A stretch of 64,000 nt of DNA from Epithemia pelagica (Eukaryota > Protista > Bacillariophyta): the NCBI GenBank assembly GCA_946965045.2, contig OX337230.1, positions 620,001 through 684,000 on the forward strand, written 5' to 3'. Below the pieces are notes generated by a model. It saw only the letters and a program-made list of their open reading frames with translations, was not told the origin of the DNA and searched no databases. Position numbers and translations under genes: made by a program. Positions within the stretch are counted from its first letter, which is position 1. Each line of letters opens with the position of its first letter. This document shows, piece after piece, positions 11,476-22,520 of the stretch.

Positions 11476-12500
11476 TGTCAATCTCGTCGTGTCCTTGTTC
11501 TTGTTGTGGTGGTGGCGGTTGGCTCGGTGGAGACAGGATGATGGATGATGGGTCCACCCATTCTCTCACGACAGAAGATCCGGTGCTTTTGGAGGAGGAG
11601 CTTCCTGGTGGTTCCTTTCCATTCTGGAATGGTATAATCTTACATCATCATCATTCTTCTTCTTGGTAGGATGATTTCATCTCTCCTTCCCCATTCATTG
11701 ATCTTTAGAAAAAATGAATGCGTGGAAAATGACGTCATCTCAGCGATCCAAACGCGATCCAGTTGGTCGCGTTTGATACCAGCCCGCGCCCAAACGCGCG
11801 GGCCCATCCAAAACATCCGCAAGCCCTGCTCTCCATATCGGCACGAAAATGGGAGGGAAGGTTTCGTCCCCATCCCATTGTCATCGTTCCAACAACACAT
11901 CTTTCTCGGTGGTTGTCAAACAAACCGATTGTGTGTCCAATCATCTCTTCGTTATCACTCCCTTGCTCTTATCTATTGTTGTCCTCTCTAGAAACTGTCG
12001 GTGTTCCTGCTTCTATAAGGTTTGTTTCGTGAATCTCCCTCCCATTTGGCTCTTCTCTATACATCGAGAGAGAAAAAAGAGGTGCCCCACAGCAAACACT
12101 ATCATCGTCTTTCCCACTCCCAGCAGCACGCACGGTTCGTGTGGGTGGCCCTCTTTCTTTTGGAGTGCGTGTATACGAGCCTTTTTGCGGACGGCAGGTT
12201 TCATTCCAACGTGGTGTATCATACGATCGACTCGAAACCAGCACCTTTTTTTTTCCTCGCTCAAGACCCGTTCGAGTCCTTTGAGAATCCCCTGCAACGG
12301 ATTGCTCGTTTGGACCAGACACGCACACACACACAAGACGAACGTTCCAGTCAATTTGGTCGACCAAGCATTTTAGAACGACGCTGTTCTGGATTCTGGA
12401 ACGTGTTGCAGTTCCCAACAGGGCACCCTTTTGACCACACCACACAAGTGGTTTGGACGACAACAACAACGACGACGACAAGTCCACTCTTGATACCAGT

Positions 12501-14486
12501 ATGTATACTCGAACCGAGTTGCCGATTGCCGGCACGGACGATGTCCCTGACAATGATTGGTTGTCCTTCTTGTCATCCTGCACGACAACGACAGGAACAA
12601 CAACAACCATAACTCCTCCACCGCTGTCGTCTTTGCAACGCGCCTTGCACGACATGGAAGAAAGTTTGCGATGTACCATTTGTCGCGATCTCTTTACCAT
12701 TCCCGTCAGTGTCCGTCCCTGCCATCATTCCTTTTGCAGTGAATGCATTCGCAAATGCTTGGCCGAATACCAACGCACGCGCTTTTCGCAAAAATCCGCC
12801 TGTCCGCTCTGTCGAACGCCCCTGCTCGTGGGTGGCGGCAAGGATGTCTCCAAATGCCTGACCGCCAATCATGCCCTCGAAGACACGATTCGACACTATC
12901 GACGGGTTCGACCCTTGTTGCGACACACATTGGCCGTATCGGCCGCCACCACAACAGTAGTAGCAGCGGCAGCAACCACAACGGACGAGGCCAATCAGGA
13001 TCCTTCCGCTGACACGAAACGCAAGGCGGCAGCAGCACCCAACGATTCGACCACCACCACAGCGACCTCCACCACCACCCAGAATGACACCGTGGAGGAC
13101 CCGAATTCCTCCGATTCGGCGGCTGCTCCTACGAATACCTTGCAACGCCGCCGCACGTACATGTACAGTCATTACAAGAAGCGCAAACAATTGCAAGACT
13201 TGTGTCGGGCCGAAGGCTTGAGCACGGCCGGCACCGACGTTCAACTCCGCGACCGCCATGCCGCCTTTTGTCTCAAGGTCAATGCCGAATGCGACAGTCG
13301 GCGGCCGCGCACCCTTGACGAACTCCGCCGGGAATTCAATCGACACGAACACGCCAAGCAAACTCAATCCATGCAATGGGAACACGAGTCGACCGAATCC
13401 ATGATGCGAACCTTGTATGAAACGCGCAAACAAGCGGGGTCGACCCAGGATGGCGGTACATCGACCAAGACAACAACGCGAATCACGACGGGCAATGCCC
13501 AAATGGATCACACCATGAACCAAAATTTTGCCGCCATGATTCAACAACTGCGGGCGGCGAAACAAAAAAACAAAAAGCAACAACAACAACAACCCAAACC
13601 ACAGGAAACGAGCGAGGGGAACTCGAAATCATCCTCCCCCAATGAGGAGGAGGACGGGAACGAATCCTCCACCAAAAGTCCGACAGTGGCCGCAGTGCCA
13701 TTGAAACCGGACAAACCGAGCAACCACGAGGCACTCGAACCAAGATCCGAAAAGGGGATGACTGCGGACCCGGTGGAGGGAAAACTCGACGTGAGCAAGG
13801 CACAAAACGAGGACGAGGAAGATGATGATGATTATAGTGACACGGATGCATCCGAAATTCAAAGACTGGAACAGGAAGTAGAGGGTTTCCCCGACATGTT
13901 TGCCGAATTTAGGTTGGACGAATTGAAACAAGCCAAGAAGGAGCGACGAGAAGAACGCCGACGATTGCGCCTCGCGGGCCAATCCATGACGACAACCACT
14001 ACTCCGATTGGTTCCAAGAGGAGTACAGTGCCATTGTCCTCCACATCGTCGTTGCCCGTGGCGGTCGTGACTGGTTCCTGTCAGAAATCCACGTCGGCCG
14101 ATCGCAAACACGCACGATCTTACGAAACCAGTGCCGATCGACCCGAACCCATGGCTGCCTTGGAGAACGACGACGAGTCGGTCCAAGTCGTTCAACCTCC
14201 ACCACGCGAAACAGCCGCCACCACGACGACCTTGGAGTCCTTTTTCCCCAACAAACGCCGTCGCACATCCAAGAGCAGTAGTCATTCTTCCAAGAACAGC
14301 CGCAAATCGTCGAATGCTGGCCCTTGGACGTGTCCCTCGTGTACCTATCGCAATGACAAGCCCCTCTACCTGTCGGCCACGGCCAAGTGTGAAATGTGTG
14401 AACGTCGCCGACCGCCACCTCCCATTGTGGCTCCTGCTCCTGCTTCTGTCACCAGTACTACGACCGCCACGTCGATCCATCAGTAA
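12501..14486 (+). CDS. RAD18: RAD18-like E3 ubiquitin ligase (RING-HC + SAP-like + C-terminal RanBP2-type Zn finger)
   Basis: LRCTICRDLFTIPVSVRPCHHSFCSECIR..CPLCR; SAP-like KQLQDLCRAEGLSTAGTDVQLRDRH..FCLKVNAECDS; WTCPSCTYRN..CEMC. Confidence 0.75.
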   Translation: MYTRTELPIAGTDDVPDNDWLSFLSSCTTTTGTTTTITPPPLSSLQRALHDMEESLRCTICRDLFTIPVSVRPCHHSFCSECIRKCLAEYQRTRFSQKSACPLCRTPLLVGGGKDVSKCLTANHALEDTIRHYRRVRPLLRHTLAVSAATTTVVAAAATTTDEANQDPSADTKRKAAAAPNDSTTTTATSTTTQNDTVEDPNSSDSAAAPTNTLQRRRTYMYSHYKKRKQLQDLCRAEGLSTAGTDVQLRDRHAAFCLKVNAECDSRRPRTLDELRREFNRHEHAKQTQSMQWEHESTESMMRTLYETRKQAGSTQDGGTSTKTTTRITTGNAQMDHTMNQNFAAMIQQLRAAKQKNKKQQQQQPKPQETSEGNSKSSSPNEEEDGNESSTKSPTVAAVPLKPDKPSNHEALEPRSEKGMTADPVEGKLDVSKAQNEDEEDDDDYSDTDASEIQRLEQEVEGFPDMFAEFRLDELKQAKKERREERRRLRLAGQSMTTTTTPIGSKRSTVPLSSTSSLPVAVVTGSCQKSTSADRKHARSYETSADRPEPMAALENDDESVQVVQPPPRETAATTTTLESFFPNKRRRTSKSSSHSSKNSRKSSNAGPWTCPSCTYRNDKPLYLSATAKCEMCERRRPPPPIVAPAPASVTSTTTATSIHQ

Positions 14487-15019
14487 CAACAAGAGAGCCA
14501 TGCCAAAAAGCAAGGTTCCCAGTTGGTGTCACGGCATGTGTGGACCACAAAGCAACGCCAATGCGATCACGGAAGAACTGGGTGGACGAACCATGTGTGA
14601 TGGATGAACGGCCGGGCAGGAATGGATTCATCGCCATACCAAAAGCTCCGACTGGGGCCTTTGGACGACGAATTGTTTTGCAGTTGAGTCCAATGACCTG
14701 ATGATTCTAGACACTCGCATGGTGCTACGAGGTCTGAGCTCAAAGGTTGATCCCTTGGTGATTCCATATACTTTAAGAGTCTGTGGACCGATAAAAAAGC
14801 TCTGAAAAAGCATAGTCGGTCAACCCTACTTTAGATGGCTGATATATTTTGTGTCTCAGTTGAAGAGACAGTAGCATAAGGGGAGAAAGTTTCTGTACAA
14901 GCACCAGTTTGCGTGCCCATATTCTGTGTAGAATAAGATCGTATACATCAAGGAACTACAACCGTTCACCGTGGATCTCATCACGTGCTCTCTTGGAGTC
15001 CTCCAAAAGACTCTCTCTC

Positions 15020-16237
15020 TCAGTCACTGGTCAAGACCGCGTACGCATTGTTGAGTGCTTGCATATGTTCTTCGGCTTTTTCCTTGGTGGTTCCATCATC
15101 GAAATCCTCGGCTCGGAATCGATCGGGATGGTATTGAAGGGCCTTGCGTCGATAGACACGTTTGATTTCGGCCGCACTGGCGTGGATATCCACACCCAAG
15201 GTATCCGCCGCCTCTTGTCGCTTGCCTTGCCGCATGGAACGCCACTGACGATCCCACTGAGAATTGTCCTCGTCGTCATAATCATCATCATCACTGTCAT
15301 TGCTATAAAAATAATTGAAATCGTCATCATCATCGTCGTCTCCGAATGAATGACTCGCCCCAAAGTGATAGTGACTCCCCGGATTGTTGAAAAATGCCGA
15401 GATTCGGCATCGGAGGCATTGACAGCCATATCTGTGATGGGCACCACCACCACCGCCGCCGCCGAAAAAGTCATAGTCATCGGCAAAGTAGCCACGGTAA
15501 AACTTTTCATAGGCTCGTTGCTCATCGTAGTATCGTTCCTGTCGTTGTTGTTTCCGGCGCTCTTCCCATGCTTTTTTGTAGGCTTGATAGGCCTTTTTCT
15601 GGGCGTCGTATTCTTCCTGTTCTTGTCGTCGATATTCTTCATAACGACGTCGAGCCTCGGCTTCCTGTGCCTTGAAATAGGCTTCTGCCTCTTTTTGACG
15701 TTCTTCCTCTCGCGTCCGCGCGGCCATGAGACTTTGCAACACGATACGAGGGGATTGGGCCTTGGTCAATTGGACCATTTCGGATTTGTAAACATCCACC
15801 TCCAAGGTCTGGCCTTGATAAAAGTTTTCCACGGTAATACAAGCGACGCGTTCACTCTGCCACTGATGCTGGCGGGAAACCTGTTTGTGATTGTGCTGTC
15901 GTCGGAGGGGTTCCAAGTTCCCCGGTGCAAACAAGACACACGACACATTGTGGCCCCGTTTCGTATCCAATCCAACCATAAACTTGCCCTTGCTGGAATC
16001 CCAATATCGAATGGTTCCGGTTCGATCGTTCAGATCTTGTTGTTTGTCTACCAATCCTTTGACCACGACTCGATTCGACAATCGATCGGATTGGTCATGG
16101 TTGTTTTGGGTGGCGTCTCCATCTGTTTCGTCGTCGTCTTGTTGTTGTTCTTCCATTGGAAAGAGCTCCTGATACGCCGTGGCGCAGGCCGGACGGAGCT
16201 TGGCTTGAGCATCCTTGTCGTTCCGTACCTGTGAGCA
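15020..16237 (-). CDS. Protein segment with C-terminal DnaJ (J) domain; probably the 3' part of the CCCH gene upstream
   Basis: ADTLGVDIHASAAEIKRVYRRKALQYHPDRF (HPD motif) at the C-terminus, coiled-coil before it. Frame stays open up to the TAA at 16238-16240. Confidence 0.75.
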   Translation of the reverse strand, partial: CSQVRNDKDAQAKLRPACATAYQELFPMEEQQQDDDETDGDATQNNHDQSDRLSNRVVVKGLVDKQQDLNDRTGTIRYWDSSKGKFMVGLDTKRGHNVSCVLFAPGNLEPLRRQHNHKQVSRQHQWQSERVACITVENFYQGQTLEVDVYKSEMVQLTKAQSPRIVLQSLMAARTREEERQKEAEAYFKAQEAEARRRYEEYRRQEQEEYDAQKKAYQAYKKAWEERRKQQRQERYYDEQRAYEKFYRGYFADDYDFFGGGGGGGAHHRYGCQCLRCRISAFFNNPGSHYHFGASHSFGDDDDDDDFNYFYSNDSDDDDYDDEDNSQWDRQWRSMRQGKRQEAADTLGVDIHASAAEIKRVYRRKALQYHPDRFRAEDFDDGTTKEKAEEHMQALNNAYAVLTSD

Positions 16238-19200
16238 TTAATGGTGCACACGGACAAACTCGGCCACACAAAACTCCACGACGAGAGGAACAGTCTGTTC
16301 CTGCTGGGCAATGACCGTCTCCCATAATTTGGCACGTTCCCCCTGCAACCGTTCTTGTTCTTGGACAAACTTTTGATACCGCGCTCGTTTCAATTCCTTT
16401 CGTGACACATGCGTCGATCGTCGCGAGTCAGTGCCTTGTTCATTCCCATTTTCATTGTCGTCATGGTCTGGAATGGCAGTATCCTTTGCTTTCGTGTCCA
16501 AATGCCTTGGATCTTGTGGTGGTGGTGGTGTGGATTCTGGGAGTGTCTCGTTTGCTGCTTCTGCAGCCTCGGCAGTTTCTTTGGCTTCTCGTTCCTTTTT
16601 TCGTCGTTCCTTTTTGGCAGCTTTTCGTTGTGCCTTGTACAATTCTCGCTCTTGTTCTGTCATGACGGTGGGCGCTGGATCCTCCTCTCCTCTATTATTT
16701 GGTTGTTGGTCCAACGAAGAAGGAGGAGTAGATGGGGGACCATCAGGAGCCCTTGGGACCTTTGGTTGTACTTTCCCAGAAGGATCCGGTCGTCCACGAA
16801 TGATGGTTGTATCAGAAGTTTCGTTGTAGCTCTTCTTTTTCTTTTGTTCTGGTGCGACAACGTTTGTGGTGGACGGACCACGGTTCTTCTTTTGGGTGTG
16901 ATGGACCGGCGAGACCATGGGTGGTACGTTTAAATGGTTCCCAACGTGATGATCCTGAGTAACAGTCGTCCGGGAAGTCGTGAGACGGCCGGCAAGTTGC
17001 CCTTTATGGAAAGAAGGATGGATGCCTTCTTTGTGCCTCTTGGTTGTTTGGGTCCCCTGGAAACTAATGATGGAATGGGAGGGTCCTTTGCAAAGGTTTC
17101 TGTAGTTGTCGTTGTTGTGGGGAAGGAACTTGCAGACAGTTCGGTGTGATGGCAACTACTTATTATTGTGGAGGACAACTCTCCTTCTGCCTTGGTTGGC
17201 ACCGATAATGATGATTGTGTCCTGGGGGAGACCGTCGGCAAGTTGCCCTTTACGGAGCGGAGGAGGGATGCATTCTGGGTGTCTCTCGGTCGTTTGGGTT
17301 CCCTGGAACCTGGCTCCGTCGTTGGCAAACCAATGGGTGGTACCTTGGAATGGTTCACAACGTGATGATCCTGAGTCACAGTCGTCCTGAAAGACGACGA
17401 GACTGCCGCCACCGGCAAGTTGCCCTTTATGGAACGGAGGATGGATGCGTTCTTTGCGCCTCTTGGTGGTTGTTTGGGTCCCCTGGAAACGGATGGAATA
17501 GGAGGGTCCTTATTCGCAATGGTTTCTGTTGTTCTTGTCTTTGTGGGGAAGGAACTTGCAGACGGTTCGGTGGGATGGCAACTTATTATTGTGGAGGACA
17601 ACGCTCCTTCTTCCTCCACTGAAACTGCTTGTGTGGTAGTTGTGGGAGGATGACGAAAGAGACAGGATGGATTTTGACAATGGCTTCCATACCGACACTT
17701 TTTCTTGTGCCTCTGGATACGAGTGTTGTTGTTCATGGTCTTCGCTTCCTGGTTCTGGTTCGTGTCCTGCTGCTGCTGGACCGTGTCGGCGGGTGGTGTT
17801 TGATACGACGACGACACGGAAGGACCAGAAGAAGAAGAAGAAGAGGGAGCAGAGGAGGACGAGGAAGAAGACGACGAAACGGGAACTGCTTTGGGGGCAC
17901 CTATTTCGTTCTTTTGCCGCGACTCTTTCAAAGACGACGACGGACCACCGTGGGTTTTCGGATTGCTTGTTGTTGGTGTCTCTTTTTCGTTTGAAAGAGA
18001 ATGACTGGTTGTGGGTCGCACATCCGGAGGCAGTGTACTGGGAGACGACGAGCCCTTGGCAACCATTGGTACGGATAAATCTTGTTTGTGGTGGTTGTGG
18101 TGTGGCGGTCTTTCGGGGATTGGTTTCCGGGTGGACGATCCAGCCGCAGTCGAGTCGTCGTCATGATTATCATCCACAGAGGAGGAGGAGGAGGAGGCCG
18201 ACGGTGGATAATGGGCCATCGTCGCCGACCCCGCAGTGGTTCCGGTGGCCCCCGTCGACCCTCCGACATGTCCTCCTCCTTTTTCTTGCACCAACAAGTG
18301 TGCGGCTGGATGACGAAAGGGACACGATGGATTGCGACACTTTGTTCCATACCAACACTTTTTGACAAACTTGTTGCCATTGTTGTTTGCATGGTTTGTT
18401 GTTTCATTCGTTTCCTTGTTGGGTTGTTGTTGGACCGACACTTGGTTTGTTTGCTGGTCCTTGGTGTTGGATTGGAGGCTCGGTTCCGGTGGGTCGTTCT
18501 GCGACACTGGCGAATCATCGGGAGCTCGAAACTGCCGACTGATGGCGGTTGATGGTCGAGTCTTTTCTTTCTCCGCGAATGTTGGTATGAGCGGATCGGT
18601 CCTGCTGGTATCGTCACTGGCAGTATGATTCTCGTCGTCGTCGGGACCAGGGCTGTCTCGGATCGCTGGCTGGGTGCAAGACTGCTGTTTCCGGGTGTTG
18701 GTCCGGCTGCTGGTTGGTCGTCGTTTCTTTCCAGGAGGAGTGCCCTTGGTTTTGTTGTCGTTGTTGTTCTTGTTGTTCTGGTCGTGGGAGTCGATGCTGC
18801 AGGGCTGTGACTGGTGTGGTTTCTGGGAGGTTGCTGCTTTGGAAAGATTCTTCTTGTTGTCGTTGGATCCCTTTGGTTTTGTCTGGTTGTGTTTGTTGTT
18901 GTGGTGGTGGTGGATGTGTTTGTGGTTGGTTGGACTGATGGCCGAGTTTGTTTCGTGGTCATTTGGCAACAATGGCAATCCTTTTGGCGTTTGCGGAGCC
19001 GACGACGACGATTGGTCGTTGTGCCGTTTGGAAGGCGGGTCCGAACTCATGTGTAGTTGTTGTTGTTGTTTCGGTGAGGATTCTCGAGACGTCTCATGGT
19101 TCTGCTGGCCCAAAAGGTTCTCCTGTTCCAGGTCCTGTCGTGTCGTCGTCGTAGTAGTAGTATCCGTGTCATGGTTCGTGTTGAGAGGATGCCCAAATTT

Positions 19201-19362
19201 ACAATGGGGTCGATTGGGACAAGACGAATCGTATCGACAGAGTCTTGTGGCGGGTGGTTTGCGGCGTCCTGGTCCTGGTCGTCGTCGTCGTCCTTGGTGC
19301 AACGACGAGGCGGCGGAGGGTGGTGGCTGCTGCTCCTGCGCCGACGACTCTGTCAATGTCAT
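16238..19362 (-). CDS. Low-complexity protein with three C-x5-C-x4/5-C-x3-H zinc fingers; frameshift near 16975
   Basis: CRYDSSCPNRPHCKFGH, CWYGTKCRNPSCPFRH, CRYGSHCQNPSCLFRH. ORFs 16930-19524 and 16238-17155 overlap in different frames, and repeat homology shows the frame switch. Confidence 0.6.
16932..17612. repeat. Intragenic direct repeats: two ~260-bp copies (~16932-17190, ~17349-17612) plus a partial copy (~17230-17310)
   Basis: Recurring aatggtt..aacgtgatgatcctgagt, cggcaagttgccctttat/cgga, ggggaaggaacttgcagac, ttattattgtggaggacaac. Confidence 0.9.
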
Positions 19363-19722
19363 GGTGTGGGCAATATACGCTCTTGAGAATAGAGGACTTT
19401 GGTTCGAATGTGTGTGGGATATCCAACACCACAACAACAACGGGACAACAACCAACACGAGTTTTGAGGGAAATCGAACGAACGAAAGAGAGCGAGAGAA
19501 AACTTGCATCCAAACAACTCTCATCTCGCTCCCTCCTCACGATGAGAGATGAGAAGCGAACTCTATGGAGGCGCGCGGGACCAATCCCGACACTACTGCA
19601 AAGTGTACAAAGAAAGCCGCTCTTTACTTATTGTAGCGTCTGTGACGGGATCATTGTCCAGTCGCCGAAAAGCTATCCCGAACGCGTTACGAATGTGTGG
19701 GTAGTTTTGCCATGCCCCTCTA

Positions 19723-19736
19723 TACTCCTAGGAGTA
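19723..19736. promoter_or_regulatory. Palindrome TACTCCTAGGAGTA (recurrent intergenic motif)
   Basis: Perfect 14-bp palindrome upstream of the CCCH gene; half-sites at ~19740 and 19771. Regulatory role is inferred only. Confidence 0.3.
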
Positions 19737-20354
19737 ACTTACTCCTGTCATCGGAGGCCTCTATTACTATTACTCCTAGTCGAATAAAAGAGGAACAAAC
19801 TGCTGTGATTTCTATTACAGCGTCTTCTTTCGGTTGCACTTGTCTCTATCATGGTGCAGGACGAACCTTTGGTCCTTGGTCCGTACCGCGAATGACCAAA
19901 ACGAAGCATCCCGTACGTTCGACAGTCCAACACCCGAAGGGGTTCGGTACTTGCAGTGCTGAGACTGGATGCCACATTCGACTTCTCATCACGCACACAC
20001 ACACAAGTGTATACATAGTTTAGTCTTGTCCGTTTTCGTGCATCTCTCTTATAACCACGGATGCGACGGCCATCCAGCTCCACGAATCGTTCCAGAAACC
20101 ACCACGAGACTGCGAGTTGCCAAACGGCCCGTGGTGATGGTGGTGCTTGGCGTGGGCGACCATTTGTACTAGGTTGGTAGGAGTATGCACCCTGGGATAC
20201 CCGACCCGTCTCACCATATCACCGATACACGACGAGCCGACAGTGACATTGACGTGGATCGACCAAGAGAGATAGTTTCAGGCGGGCACCAAACCTTCAT
20301 CCGCGCAGTGGAAGAAGACTCGGTGCTGCACAGATGGACGAGTAGACCCTTTTT

Positions 20355-22253
20355 TTAGTTTCCAAGAATCCCCAGTCGATGCAACAGGTCGGGATGCGGC
20401 GATGCTTGATATCGCTGCACCACTCGTTGCTTCAACTCCTGTACCAATGACGCCTGAAACAAGGGATAGGGATTGGAAAAGTTGAGTCGCTGGACGGCTC
20501 GACCCTGACGGACATGGGCCAAAAAGGCCAAACCCGTGTCGTAATTGTGACTATGCAACTTGGTCGTTCGATTCATGGCCTCCCAGGCTCGATGAATAAA
20601 AAAGAAATAGGTACTGGACGTCCGATACAGGCCCTTGACATCGTCATTCCGGGAATGATAACACTGCTTGTCCTCGAGATAGGCCGTCGTCGTCGTCGTG
20701 GCCGTGGCGGTGGACCCATGGACGACCGGACGCTGCGGTTCCGTTGGGGTTGCCGAATGGTCGACTGTACAACGACCAAAGGTAAAGCGCCGAAAGTTCA
20801 ATTCGTCAATTTGGTGCGGGTTCCTGTCATTGTCATTGTTAGTACGGCCCGTTTGATTCTGGAGAAACCAGGGCAAGGGGTGGCTGTATCCTGGTTTCCT
20901 TATGGGTGGGGGTAGATGTTGTCGATAGGGCAAGACCAAGTATTCGTCGACATCCCAATGGGCCAAAAATTCCGTTTCCCCCTGGTACCGTCTCAAGGCG
21001 GCATTGGTGGATATGAGTTGGGCGGTGTACAAGCGTCGAATATTGCCAAATTCACAGGCGGAATCGCGCTTGGGATACTGCACGTACGTCACAAGACCTT
21101 GTTGAATGTAGGGTTGACACACGTGGCGCACGGTACTATTCGAAGCCAGGGGACTGTCGTCGTAAATATAAAAGTGGTCCACAAGGTTCAAGGCCAAGTG
21201 ATATTCCAACCACAGTACCAATTCCATGGGATGAATGGACAGAGTTTGTCCATCGGATCCTCGCTCGTACACGAGGTTGACGCGGGTCATGAGGGAAAGC
21301 TTGTAATAGGGTTTGGTGGTTGGTTGCATGAGTCGTGGTGGAGGGGACCCTCGTGTCCCCACAGAAAAAGAAGAATCTTCATCGGGATAGTGGACATTGA
21401 CATGATTCTCCGTAACGGTCGGCCAGGCATGAGAACAAATGGGAATGTTGGAAATGCTGGGAATACCATTGGACAGTGTCACGAGAGCTGGATCCACGAG
21501 ACCCTGTGTGTTGTTATCCTTCCGCGGCGTGGAAACCTTTTCGTGGTTGGTCCAATTGTTGTTGGTGGTCGTCGTGTTCCAGAATCGCATGGATGGTTGC
21601 AACGACACAAACATGGTTGTTTGATTGGCTCCCCGCTGTGGTATGCGAGGACGCAGATGCCTGGGTATCGGACATTGAATCAAGACATAGGGCAATTGAA
21701 GGCCCAATTGTTGTCCGCGGGTGGGTTTGGATTTGGGCCGCAGGGGCAGGGAGGGGACGCGCGTTGCATTGTCAAAGACACAGTCAAAGGTAATGTTGGG
21801 CTGAAACAATTGATACAAATCAGCCTTGTCTTGCCAATGACAAAAGACATGACTCTCTGCCACCATCAAGAGTTGGGTGCGATCGTGGGACGCAAAGACT
21901 TCGGCCAAGTGCGGCAAAAAGTGCGATTGCGGGACTCGCGTCCATGGTTGGGGATAGTCGCGATAAAAACAATGGGCCGTACGACGGAAGCGTGATGATG
22001 TTCTTGTGTTTGTTGGAGTTGTGGTGATGTTGGATGATGCATGAGAGAAACTCGGCTTGGTTGGTCCTGGGACAAACAAATTGGGCGGTTCCACTGCTGG
22101 TGGCACAATACTATTAAAAGGATCGAACTGGGAGTTCCATCCAAGACGAGCCTGGTTCAATGCCAAGAGGAACATTGCCGTGGCAAGAATTGTCAATTTC
22201 CGACGTTTCCACCATGACCACGAACGAGAGACGATCATCCACCTCATGGTCAT
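20355..22253 (-). CDS. Type II membrane glycosyltransferase, GT92/DUF23-like
   Basis: N-terminal signal anchor (KRRKLTILATAMFLLAL); WLEYHLAL..VDHFYIYDD; LVTYVQYP; FLAHWDVDEYL (DxD). Confidence 0.75.
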   Translation of the reverse strand: MTMRWMIVSRSWSWWKRRKLTILATAMFLLALNQARLGWNSQFDPFNSIVPPAVEPPNLFVPGPTKPSFSHASSNITTTPTNTRTSSRFRRTAHCFYRDYPQPWTRVPQSHFLPHLAEVFASHDRTQLLMVAESHVFCHWQDKADLYQLFQPNITFDCVFDNATRVPSLPLRPKSKPTRGQQLGLQLPYVLIQCPIPRHLRPRIPQRGANQTTMFVSLQPSMRFWNTTTTNNNWTNHEKVSTPRKDNNTQGLVDPALVTLSNGIPSISNIPICSHAWPTVTENHVNVHYPDEDSSFSVGTRGSPPPRLMQPTTKPYYKLSLMTRVNLVYERGSDGQTLSIHPMELVLWLEYHLALNLVDHFYIYDDSPLASNSTVRHVCQPYIQQGLVTYVQYPKRDSACEFGNIRRLYTAQLISTNAALRRYQGETEFLAHWDVDEYLVLPYRQHLPPPIRKPGYSHPLPWFLQNQTGRTNNDNDRNPHQIDELNFRRFTFGRCTVDHSATPTEPQRPVVHGSTATATTTTTAYLEDKQCYHSRNDDVKGLYRTSSTYFFFIHRAWEAMNRTTKLHSHNYDTGLAFLAHVRQGRAVQRLNFSNPYPLFQASLVQELKQRVVQRYQASPHPDLLHRLGILGN

Positions 22254-22520
22254 CGGCTCTTTTTGCTAGACCCAGAACGAACGAAAACTTGCTGCTGCTC
22301 TGCTGCCACCATGGTGCTTTTGCCGTCCAGATCTCTTTTGGAAAAAATGAGACTCGGTCATCGGTCGCTTTTAGAAGGTCACAGTCAAAAATCCACATCC
22401 GCCTCTTAGTCGCGTTACCATCTCACAACAAAGATACCATGAACATATTAATAGGCTGCCGGTTCTGTACTCGTCGTCGTCGTCGTCGTTGTCATTTCTC
22501 TTTGATTAGTTCCAAGAGGC

